Part shown: positions 1 through 10,818 of the stretch, piece by piece | How the letters are laid out: each line of letters starts with the position of its first letter | Position numbering within the stretch: the first letter of the stretch is position 1 | Assembly: GCA_048013815.1 (NCBI GenBank) | Contig: CM106585.1 | Location: forward strand, 15,934,001 to 15,998,000 | Source: Setoptus koraiensis | Lineage: Eukaryota > Animalia > Arthropoda | DNA length: 64,000 bases | Reading direction: 5' to 3' | The notes under the pieces: model-generated | Seen by the model: the letters and a program-made list of their open reading frames with translations, nothing else | Database searches by the model: none | Told to the model about the DNA's origin: nothing | Program-made: the position numbers and the translations under genes

Positions 1-1358
1 GCTGGCACCACTAGTTCCTTAAGTCTACTCCTAAAGCGGTCTTCAATTGCATCTTTGTCATCTTTCTCAATGCCCAACTCTTTTTTGATTATTTTAAGTT
101 GTTCATGTAGTAAGTATTTTCTATGTTGTGTCTTGACCTTTTCCTCTACTTCTACTCTTATCTTCTCCTGTAGTTTGGTGAGTTCATATTCTTTTTTAAG
201 CATCGTCAGTGCCATATCTAGTCGCTCTTGTACGTCTACCTCATTCAAGAATGCTTGCAATTCATTAGTGGACGCAGCTGTGAGAGAAGCAGCCAAATCT
301 GCAAGATGAATTGGATTATCGACAACATTTTGGCCCGTGTGTAATATTTGGGCTATAGACTCTCTATATAATGGGTTCAAAGCTATAATATCTCGTATAG
401 TTCTAATGATTTCTTGTGTGAGAGCTTGCATTCTTTCGGATGATTCATAAGGCTTATGCTCAAGATTCTCCACTTCAACCATTAGTAAAAGATTTTTGAG
501 ATCGTCACTTGTTGGCACGGCTTGTTGGTCTGTTGCAGTTGTGTCAGATTGAGCTTCGGACTCTTCTTGGGATTGGCCCGGCTGCTCAGATAACTTATTT
601 TCATCTTGTAGAACTGTTTCCTCAGTTTTGCTTTCATCGGATGTTGTATCACCTGTGGAGTCCTCTTTTGCCCCTTCGACGGATTCATCGGAAATATGAC
701 TAGCTGTCAGATTGTCATCAGCCCAATCATTTGTAATTGTTGCTGAATTTCTGGCCAGAAATTTGGATTTGTTCTTACGAAAGAATCTAGTTTTCGAGCG
801 TGCACCATTGTTGAGGGTTGGGACTGGAGGTATATTACTCTCGTATATTTGTTTAATAATCTGAACTCTTCTGTGTGCCATGACAATCATTCGCAATTTA
901 TCGCCCATGTCGTGTACTTCGTGTATGTGGACAAACGTTCCGACATGATGAATGTCATCTAGACTTCCGACAACTTCATTATAATTTGTATCATCTTTCT
1001 TAAGAAACACTCCAGCGTATGGCTGTCTGAGCTCCAATTTCCTTCTAATGATCTGCATTAACCCTGGATGACTGATTTCTACGAGTTTGACAAATTTGGG
1101 AAATACTGGATTCTTTGTGACAGCTATCACAGGTAAAACAGGCCATTTGTCGGGAATATTGTCGGCACTTAATTTTCCATGTGAATCGCTCTTTTGGGGA
1201 CTGACGACAACAGCTTTAGTGGACGAGTAGTATTTGATGTGTTGTTGTTGTAATCGCAAATATTGTTGTTGTTGTTGTCCTAGGGGTCTGTAATACTCAA
1301 GTAAATGCCGTGCGGGGCTCAAACAACGAAAACGGTGACACATCGAAGCCAGAGCCAT
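1..1358 (-). CDS. LONP1: Lon protease homolog, mitochondrial (5' part; CDS continues beyond the left edge)
   Basis: Absent from the ORF track because there is no stop inside the window. Manual minus-strand translation from ATG 1358 (upstream in-frame TGA at 1425-1427) gives an Arg-rich presequence-like start MALASMCHRFRCLSPARH, then IPDKWPVLPVIAVTKNPVFPKFVKLVEI..RQPYAGVFLKKDD and LMVEVEN..ALTQEIIRTIRDIIALNPLYRESIAQ..VVDNPIHLADLAASLT..KELVVP. These match the LONP1 N-domain. The frame at position 3 matches the frame at 1358 and the parts translated have no stop, so no intron is needed. Confidence 0.95.
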   Translation of the reverse strand, partial: MALASMCHRFRCLSPARHLLEYYRPLGQQQQQYLRLQQQHIKYYSSTKAVVVSPQKSDSHGKLSADNIPDKWPVLPVIAVTKNPVFPKFVKLVEISHPGLMQIIRRKLELRQPYAGVFLKKDDTNYNEVVGSLDDIHHVGTFVHIHEVHDMGDKLRMIVMAHRRVQIIKQIYESNIPPVPTLNNGARSKTRFFRKNKSKFLARNSATITNDWADDNLTASHISDESVEGAKEDSTGDTTSDESKTEETVLQDENKLSEQPGQSQEESEAQSDTTATDQQAVPTSDDLKNLLLMVEVENLEHKPYESSERMQALTQEIIRTIRDIIALNPLYRESIAQILHTGQNVVDNPIHLADLAASLTAASTNELQAFLNEVDVQERLDMALTMLKKEYELTKLQEKIRVEVEEKVKTQHRKYLLHEQLKIIKKELGIEKDDKDAIEDRFRSRLKELVVP

Positions 1359-1925
1359 GTTGTTTTGAGATGTAGCAATGGAAATAAGAATATTATAAAG
1401 AATAGTTCCAGATCGTTGTTGTTGTCAGGCTGGCCAGTTTCTTTCGAGATGCTTCGATTTTGTCAGGGAGAATTCATTACGATCCACATACCATGTGTTT
1501 CAATTCAACGTGTTTTAGGTAGTCGGGGGTATTCTTGAGCCGACTTGGGTACTACGTGGGTACTGAACAATGGCCATGGAGTTTCTCACTGTTGAGGGTA
1601 TTTTAATTAATTAATTTCTTATCAACTCACCATTTTGGAAGATATTTTTGCTGAAGCAACTTTCTATCGAGCCGCTTGATCGATGAGATAGGATAATAGA
1701 GCGATAATTGTATGCTACCCGGCATAAATTGCCCATGTGGCCGAGGGTTTTTCTCCTGTCATAAGCTGGCATAACTGTTCACCAGGTGGCGCTGCGCAGA
1801 GAAAAGTTGGAAACTTGCGATGAAACTGTAGGTTGTTGATCAGGAAAAGAGAGTTACCGACCCCTCATGACGTTGTTTGTATCCAGGTGAGACAGAGAGA
1901 TGAAAAAACTTCTGGCTCCTCCCCT

Positions 1926-2048
1926 CCTCTCTCTCTCTCTCTCTCTCTTTTCAGTGCCAGACAACTTGTTCTAGGTTCATATTTATACTTATAAATAGAG
2001 AGAGGGAGAAAAGTTTGAAAAGTTGCAAGTTCTTCTATATGATCAGTT
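1926..2048. promoter_or_regulatory. Candidate bidirectional core promoter between LONP1 and dysf
   Basis: (CT)n/GAGA tract at 1926-1948, back-to-back TATAAATA on the - strand (1989-1982) and + strand (1992-1999), GA-rich 2000-2010, and an Inr-like TCAGTT at 2043-2048. It lies between head-to-head start codons at 1358 and 2341. Confidence 0.4.
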
Positions 2049-2340
2049 TGAATTTGGTCATCGTTGTGGAAACACCAAAGTGATCGCATATAGACATAAA
2101 CTTGAACAGAGCAACAGAAGATGCGATGCTTGAGTGACCAGTCGGTTGTTGCGACCAGTAACTAATAAAACTTAAATCAACTCTAAATCCACCTGACATA
2201 CATACCAGTTAACTGTAACACAACACATTGACATTGTGTACCCGCAGCTGACATAATCGTCATTAACAAACAATTAGTTTAGTACGGCTCTTCTTGACAG
2301 AAGTGTATTTACTTGATTTACCCATCACCAGCTCAATCAA

Positions 2341-2599
2341 ATGAAAATGCCCACATCAACAAGTATCATGTCCAACTCATCGTCGGGCTCGGCCATGTAC
2401 AAGCACAGCAGCTACACCATCGAGGCCACCAAATCAACTAAGGGAGCCTCAAAGCTTCGCCGCGATCTAATTAACAGCGAGATAGCAAATTTGCGCGATT
2501 TGCTTCCGTTGCCGGCCTCTACGCGCCAACGTTTGTCCCAATTACAATTGATGGCGCTTGTATCGGTGTATTTGCGCAAATCAAATTACTTCGGCCACG
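2341..2599 (+). CDS. dysf: dysfusion/NPAS4 bHLH-PAS transcription factor, exon 1 (bHLH)
   Basis: STKGASKLRRDLINSEIANLRDLLPLPASTRQRLSQLQLMALVSVYLRKSNYF is the dysf/NPAS4 bHLH. Donor G|GTAAGT at 2600, phase 1. The start could also be a nearby in-frame ATG. Confidence 0.93.
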
Positions 2600-2827
2600 G
2601 TAAGTACCGCATCAAGCCAGCATTGAGAGTGTATGTAATAACGAGCGCTCGAGTTGTGAACATTATGAACCAACAGCTAGATTACGCAACCAACTAGATT
2701 ATCAACTAACATGGCGAGTCATAGCGAGCGATCTCGTGTGTCTAGTATGTGTGCGATCAATAATGGATGCAATAATAGATGCAATAATGATAGATGCGGT
2801 GCCGGTGAGAGATCGATATCTCGAGTG

Positions 2828-2897
2828 CGAGGGCTTCAGCGAGAGAGGGCTTCGGCGAGAGAGGGCTTCGGCGAGAGAGGGCTTCGGCGAGAGAGGC
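2828..2897. repeat. 16-nt minisatellite (GAGAGAGGGCTTCGGC) x3 plus partial copies
   Basis: Exact units at 2841, 2857 and 2873; degenerate unit at 2828. In dysf intron 1. Confidence 0.9.
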
Positions 2898-4268
2898 AGA
2901 GATGAGCTTTGTTGGAGAGCAACAATTATTATTATTACATTGAGCAGCAGCACTTGTTGTTGAGACGGCTCGATCGCAAATGCTCGCCTTGCAACAACAA
3001 TGCAACATGATTACAGCCACTTCGAAGATCTCATTCGGAGGAAGAGATTTTATTCAATCATCAGGGTTGTTGCGTAAATCTGGTCCAGTCCGATCTCTAC
3101 TAGTTCTCACGCTCGTCTGATCTGGATAGGGCCGCGCAATCGTTAGCGCGCCGCCGGACCACTGAGTGCAGTTATGCTGATCAGGTGTGTATTATTCAGG
3201 GTCGGCGAGCCAGAAGATACAAACAGAGGCTATCGGATATGTGGCTGCCATGCTCGATTGTTATGTTACACACACACACACAAAACCAACGAGAACTGCC
3301 CTTATTTGTTGTATAGTTGTGAGTAAATTTCAATAATTTCACTCACAATGCGGGCCAGTTTGGGCAACTATGTTACCGAAAACAGTAGTTTCAGATGTGT
3401 TCACTACGAGATTGTGTGTTTAGCCTTTGCATTGTTGCCATCGGCAACCACTTTCCTCTTTTCAAACAAGTCTGATAGTGTGCCAACAAGTATCACTGGA
3501 ATCGCCTTGCAATGATTTGAATATAATCATGACGGCTGGGTGCTTGGGCGCTGTCATCATCTCTGGCGGGTTTTCGGGATAATCAGCGATGGTCAATTGA
3601 TGGCAGTCAGTTGATGTGCCTCGAATCAGGTAGCCGAATGAGGCAGTCAACAAACAAACCCAAACAAAGGGATGCCGCCCGCTGCAACGAGACACATAAA
3701 TTTATTATAATTTATTGTTTGCAAACACATATTACCGGCCGTGTTAGTGTCAGTAGTCAAGACAATCATCTCTGACATGACATGACGCGCGATGACGTAA
3801 CAGCGTCATGCAGATGGATAAATTACAGTTGTTCGGTGAACCGGCCGGCCGGCCTATCTGTGCCGCCTAGGTGTCTTGCTTGTTGTGTGTGTGTGTTACA
3901 ATATCCCGCCGATACTTGTAACATTCCTCACCTGTTGTTGTTGCGCCTGTTACGTTGGTGATGTTGTATTGCATTGATTGAGTGCTCCAATTATGGCAGC
4001 TTCGTCCATTGTCTCGTCACTGTGCCATCGTTCTGACGGGCCACTTTATCTTTCTTTATGGCCGTGGAAGCCACCCAAAAGCGAGCTGTCGGACGTGTGT
4101 GTGTGTGTGTCCTGTTGCGACCGCGTGCGCTGCCGGTCAAGCACCAAATCAACTGTTGGTTCGAGTGTGGCCAACACTAATGAGATTATCATCGTGGAAC
4201 ACACCTAGAAAACTGCACTTGCCACTAGCTGCCAACTGCTAATTTGTTGCAAATGATGTTCGCTCCGG

Positions 4269-4332
4269 CGTTTGCCCAACGTTTGCCCAACGTTTGCCTG
4301 GCGTTTGCCCCGGCGTTTGCCCCGACGTTTGC
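4269..4332. repeat. 11-12-nt tandem repeat with core CGTTTGC x6
   Basis: Cores start at 4269, 4280, 4291, 4302, 4314 and 4326. Confidence 0.9.
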
Positions 4333-5040
4333 AGCGTCATTGTTGGCCCATTTGCATGCAGCCTACGGTTTGTGAGTCTGGGCGCCGGTGGCGCGACCAA
4401 GGGCGAACGAACGACGCTCCGTATTTGCATTCGGCGCCGGCGCTGGCCTGGTGCTGCTATGCTCCGCTGATTTGATTTGACCCATTCGCATCGGCGAGGT
4501 GACGGTGACGATGCCCATGATGCCGTCAGTAGATAATCAAGGCAACTCGATTCGCAAACATTTTAGCTGGCGAGACAAAAGTGTGAGAAAGGGGGACTCG
4601 AAATGTGCGTTCGTTTCATCCCGGGCGCACTGTGCATCTAGTGGCCGGCACCAACGAGATTGGCCAGATACTGGCTGTTGATGGTTGTATTGGTGGTGGC
4701 GCTATAGACTGCGCTGCTGCGATGATTGCAACAACGATATTGTGTAATCATCATTAACGAACGCCGCACATTCAACGCTGCAGCCAATGATAATTATGCG
4801 CGCCGGCGAATGAGCAATATGCAAATGAGCCAGTTTGCTGCAGCAAGCCAGCCAGCCAGCCGGTCAGTCAGTCAGCCGGGAGAAGGACGGGGCAATGCAA
4901 AACAAGACTCACTCTCTGGCGTACTCCGGCGCTGGCCACGGCCTGTCCCTTCGTTGAACCTGAATATCGCTACGACTACACACAATCGGGCCTAAGATGC
5001 AACATTGACCCGCTATCAGCCGATTATTAGCCGACTGTTG

Positions 5041-5074
5041 GCCACACTGGGCCTGCTAGCAGGCCCAGTGTGGC
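5041..5074. repeat. Perfect 34-bp palindrome
   Basis: GCCACACTGGGCCTGCT|AGCAGGCCCAGTGTGGC equals its own reverse complement. Confidence 0.95.
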
Positions 5075-8000
5075 TCAAGCAGCCAGCGCAGTTCCTCTGC
5101 AACTCATTAGAATACTTGCCAATTCAAATCAATCTATCATTAGAAGATGCTATCTTCTAAAATTGATGCTGCCGCTGGCTTGTGCAACACAAAAGGTAAA
5201 AGATGCTGCTCGCAGATAAGAGCTCAGGGTGATCTTGAATGTTGTGTGTGTTTGACAATATCGGCCCGATTGTTTTTATTGCGTAACGCTGCAAGCAATA
5301 ACAGTAATTGATAACAACAAGGATAAAATGCGGCGCCAATAATACAAATTGCTGCGCTAAAGCAAGACCGCAAACGAGCCTAATGTGACCCAGTTGGTCG
5401 GCCGGCCCGTTTATAATGCGCTAAACATACACACATGCGTATAAAGTTATGTAACAGGTAGACGAGCCGAGTCCAGGTGAACCTTATGGGAGCAAACAAT
5501 TATCTGCTATTAGCGCAGATGATTCCCACGCTAGCAGGAATTTGGCCTTACCTGTGTTTGTTATTGTGTGTAGTGCGCAATTGGGACAGAAATACAGACT
5601 CATACTTTCAAGATGTTGCACTCACAAGCTAACAGCTTTATGAATTAACACACACACACACACAATCTATAATTGGCTTCATCATCATCATCAGCAACGC
5701 AGATAATGATAATAGCGACCGTGGTGATAATTGCATCACACACACACAAATATGTATTGTCGGGCAACAGCAACGCCAACGACAGCGACCAGGTAAAAGA
5801 ATGCGACTCGATGTTGCGGCATATTGGCCGGCGACCATTATACGCTGTGGCTGCAGTTGTTGCTGTTGCTGTCGTTGTTGTTGTTGCTGTTGCTGTTGTC
5901 AGAAAATATAGATTAACGCAAGACGCTTTCTTTTTCTCAATGGGATTCCTTCTTCGACCCCAACAACAGCAACAACAGCATCAACGGCAACAGCAACAGC
6001 GACAACAGCGCACTTATAGATTTCTTACGTATTTGGCGCACGCTGTACTCGGCTGGCCGATGCTGCGGTCGAATTGTGTGCATTAGTCATCTGTTCACCT
6101 GAGCATCGCATCGCTAAATTGTCTAACAAGACCAGTGGTCAAGCATGATTGATCAGCTGAGAGCGCTGCTATAATAATGGCAGCTATAGTGTTACATCTG
6201 CTGGCCAGCCATCTGATGGCCGGTTGCAATTTGAGAATCAATTGCTATTGTTGTGTTGCTGGTACTGGTCACATCACAATGCGACGGTGGTCAATCTATT
6301 TGTAGTTGTCGCCGACTCGCTTGAAGGAGCGCCTGATCAAATTGTGTCATTGTTGACTATCTGTAACAGGTGAATCAGGCGCGCTCATTCATCGTGTGTC
6401 CCGTTCCCGGCTTGATGCCTCCTCCATTTGTTGTCAGTTGAATAGTTTAACAATTTCATTTTACAATTTTGCCCCATAACTACAATGGAGAAAAGTTGCC
6501 AGAGCTGCGGCGCAATGAAACCTGTCAGATGAGAATGGCTGCAAGAATACGCCGTCCATTGAACGGATTCCACCGATTCTCTCTCTCCCTCTCTTTTGCT
6601 CTTATTGTCACTGTATAGTGAGAATTGACAATCGCTTACAGTGCTGGCCGCCAGTAGGAAGTCTCTCGTCTTGTGTATGCCGTGGAGCCAATCAGAATTG
6701 TGTGCCCTCTCTCTCTCGCAGCAATATTTGCTAAAAGGATGTGTGATCGTCTTATAGTCGTATATTCATATGACTTTATGACGAATGAATGGCCAGAATG
6801 TATGGCTCGGACACACACAGCAAAACACTGACACAATTAATACAAGTAGCCGGTATTGTTTGCCGAAGAGAATTGACCTGACATTGTGTTTGCATTGTGC
6901 GACGTCACATTAAATGACATTATTAGTTAGTATGCACACAATAGAATGAAGCCAGGTTGCCCATTCGATCAATACTGAACAACGACAACATATCTGGCAG
7001 GACGTTGGCCCCTGGCTAGTTTGTATTGCCAGTTTATGTTGCCAGTCTCCTCACGGCCGGAAGGCAGCACAAGCGCTCCAAGAGTGACCATTGTCAGCTG
7101 TGGCGTCAATTAAACCGGTCAATTAGACCTGCAATCGTCGGAGGCGCCGCACGAGTCCATCAACTAATTAATTATTCAATATTGAATATTGATAGTTCCG
7201 CAATAGAACAAAGAGGATGGTTCCAAAGTGTCCACAGACAACAATTCTGCATTGGCATTCACGCGCAGAACAATCAAATTGCCGAGATTTTATGTTTATG
7301 CGCTGCGAGATTTGCGTACGCCGAAATGGAAATCGCATCCGTGTCCATTTGTACGTTATGCATTGGATGCCGCTTGGCATCCAAAAACGATGACAAGAGA
7401 TGCGAAAGTTTTTTGTTCTATTATGTAATAAGCGATGTGGCGGCGATGGCGATGGTCGGCCAGAGTTGCTGAATCTCGCCTTGAATTTGCGACCATCTGT
7501 CTGCTGCCGGCCAATTGGCTGTCGTTGTCTCCAAATCAGCAAGTGGTCAGCAGACGAACAATATGCGACTTAGGACGAATCTCTCTCTGGAACAGTGAAG
7601 AGAAGAAATAAAATTTGTCCGCTTCTACTGGCCGCGCGTGGCCATAATCCAAGAAGTACGTCCAGCCTCGAGCCAAATAGCTTTGGTTTGGTCGCTTGCT
7701 CGAGCTCAGTCGCTTTATCCTGCCGAGTGCAATGAATCTAATTTGCATAGCGACTGCCTGTGCTGCAAAAGTCTTCACAAAAATAATGATAATCTCGCTT
7801 TTGGTCTGCACAATGTATTTGGCTGTGATCTCATTCCTGTCACTCATTGACATTGAGTCAATCACATCAAAAGTATCATTCCTTTGATTGGCTTCAGCAT
7901 GCCAGCTCACGGCGGAGAATTAATATCATTGATGGTCTTTTATTATATTTAAATCGGCCCTTGTGTTTGTCTCTCTGTCCGGCCTCTTGCTGTGTTTGCT

Positions 8001-8668
8001 GTCATCAAACAGGCGCGCCGAGAGTATAGTGGCGATCAATGAGAGAAAGAAACACACTCGCCACCACCACTTGATCTGTCCAACTGACAGTCGAACAGAA
8101 TAGATGCTGAAATCAGTGTGATTCAAGTCGCTGTTAGTGAACAACAGCAAGATGCAGCGGAGAGAGAGAGAAAGAGAGATGTTCTAAAAATATACACACA
8201 TTCAGGTTGCAGTGAAACAAAAAAGAAGACACAGACAGAAAGAGAAGTTTGCCAAAGAAAGGATGGCCGGCCGGCCACTCGGCTGCCCATACACTGGCCG
8301 CCGTTTTGCTGAATAAGTAATGAGAAAATGTTGAGCTTAGCGTGAACCACAAACTGCCAACTAAAGCGAACACTGCCCTACGGGACTCGAGCACTCTAAC
8401 CTATATGCCTGCCTGTTACTATTATTAATTTATTCTCTGCTCTGTTTTCTATTACCTGGCATCGTCAATCTGCCGCATCTGCAGCCTTCCCATCGGGCGA
8501 GGTTACCCCAGATCCCGCCATGTCCATAAAGCCCTATTTTGCATCAACAGGTAAGCTAGACGAAACAGATGATACTCTCATGCAGCTCATAGATGAGAGC
8601 GATACAACTAACCTCAACTATCCCATTTGTGCTATTGATTTGCCGTTGTGCGCTGACGGTTTGCCTAG

Positions 8669-8736
8669 CAGCCTTCAGGAAATACGATACTCACTTCAAC
8701 AATCTGGCCCAAGAGCCTTGCTTTGGCTTCTCAAAG
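8669..8736 (+). CDS. dysf: dysfusion/NPAS4, exon 2
   Basis: Acceptor cctag| at 8668 completes the phase-1 codon, giving (A)AFRKYDTHFNNLAQEPCFGFSK. Donor GTAAGC at 8737. This is a different frame from listed ORF 8520..8816, and GFSK leads directly into PAS-A as in dysf. Confidence 0.8.
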
Positions 8737-9072
8737 GTAAGCAGCGATTGCGGTTGCGTAATAATCTAGCAAGCAACAACAATCAATTAGAGCGAAAACT
8801 GGATGTTTGTCTTTAGCCTTTGGGCCCCGGTCGTTGCAACGGACAGCACCAAAACAACACATTGTGCTTACGTAATCACGCCGATGACGTGTCGGATGAC
8901 AACTCACATTAGTGGTGTTGCCGCATTATCCGCATTATCCATTATTGTGTCCACTGGCCGGCACCAGGCGATGCATGATTTATTGTCATAACAAATTTCA
9001 AATCGTTAATTTAATCTCTCTCCTCTGTGTGTTCAACATTCAACATTCAACCGCGCTCGCTGGCCACTATAG

Positions 9073-9162
9073 GCACTAAATGGATTCATGATGATGATGA
9101 CACAAACTGGAAAATTGTTGTACATCTCAGACAATGCCGCAGAATATTTAGGTCACTCAATG
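9073..9162 (+). CDS. dysf: dysfusion/NPAS4, exon 3 (PAS-A start)
   Basis: tatag|[30 protein letters not shown]|gtaagc; 90 nt, phase 0/0; classic PAS-A motif. Confidence 0.93.
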
Positions 9163-10801
9163 GTAAGCAAACTATGAAACTATAAAGAGTTACTATTTTT
9201 AAAGTTGAGCCGCAAGTTGCGGTTGCTGTCCGACAGTTTCGCATCCAGTCAGGGCTCATTGTTAATGGAAACAACTGTAGAGCGTTGCGTAACTACCATT
9301 GTCTTACTACTACCACTGCCGATATTTGAATCAGCCAGCTACTCATTATAGTGTAGAATTGATTGAACGACGTCGAGACTAACATAGGTGTTGACAGGCG
9401 CTCTCAAGTGTTGCCCGGTCGAACTGCCTCGGAAAATCTATTCTATTTCATGAGAATGGTTAGAGTGGTCACTTACATTATTCGTAGCTGATTAAGACAA
9501 CGAATATTGTTTGCTAGAGACAAGCTTATCAAATTTTATTTCCATGCAGCTTGCAATGTGTGCTGTTGTGATTAGTGGAACGCGTAATTAATTTCTGCTG
9601 TTCATCCTCCCTGTGTCTCGCTCTCAAACAACGCCAGAGAGCGTTTTTATAGATAACGCGAGAAGAAAAACACGAAGCTCATTACACAGAGCTACATTAT
9701 ATCATCATCGTAATGATCACTCTTCAAATCATGATGAGGTTGTGTTTGCTTAAGTGTTAATCAAATCTAGTTGCTGTTTGACCACAACAAACAATGGCCT
9801 ATTCTCGACTTTTATCTTTAATGAAACAACGCAATTTCCGTCTTGTACTTCTATTCTTGAATCTCTCCATCTATTGCCAGTGTTACATATGCTGTAGCAG
9901 CAGTGAGGTATATATTAAGTGTTAAAACTTTGATCGTCGGACTCGTCGCTGATTGAAGTAGACGCAGAAAGAGAGGGGGAGAGAGATAGAAAAGTTAATT
10001 GAAAAAGAGAGAGATGGAATACATAAGATAAGATTGCGTTAATAAAAGAGCGCAGGTGAAATCACCTGAGTCCGGTTCGCCAATGGTGTGTTATAGCTTC
10101 ATTTCATTCAGCCAAAAGCCCTTATTGGTGTATAAATAAATGAATGATACTTGTTACTTGCTCGCTCGATTGCAACAAGCGCTCCCGACAGGTGCAAATT
10201 ACCAGCTTTGTATGAGTGTGTATATCTGGTTGATTAACTAACACACTTAGAGCCTCTATCATTAGTTTTGAAGCAAGAAAAAACAAAGAGTTGTTGGCTG
10301 TTTGTGGCTACAAAACTCTCTGCCGTTGTGCCGTCCTGTAGTAACCGAGGCAACAAGTAATTATTCTTAGAAAATACAAGTCAGTTATTTATCCGTCTTA
10401 TACTTAAAATACAACCGTCCGACACAACAAAATCAAAGCATTGACAGGTGCAAACACCTACTGGCCTATCAATTTAGTTGATTTCGTTGGCATGCAATGG
10501 GTCGCCAACTTGTAGTGAACTGTGTTGTTGGCGCTTGATGGTTTTGTCGTACATCTTGTTAAGTTGGTGGTTTTATAAATTGTTACCATTGCAAACCATT
10601 CTTGTTTGTTCTCGGATATTTATTTCCTTGATCTCGCTCACTTGTTGCTCTTGTATGTATGTGGTGGGCGCTATTTTCTGTCTAGACAACAACCTGCCAG
10701 CGACTTGCGAGACCATGTTGCGACAAGTTGTCAAGTGTTCAAAATTGGCGCCACCAACATGGGAGAAGCAAATGAGCCGAGATCGAGAACAATAAAGTGT
10801 T

Positions 10802-10818
10802 GCGCGCGCGCGCGCGCG
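10802..10818. repeat. (GC)8 alternating tract
   Basis: gcgcgcgcgcgcgcgcg in dysf intron 3. Confidence 0.9.

Noticed and set aside
4158-4166. GGTTCGAGT resembling a tRNA T-loop
   Set aside because: No complementary T-stem, acceptor stem or D-arm.
8520-8816. Listed 98-aa ORF overlapping dysf exon 2
   Set aside because: The true exon is in another frame (KYDTHF..GFSK) fixed by splice phases; the listed frame has no recognisable similarity.
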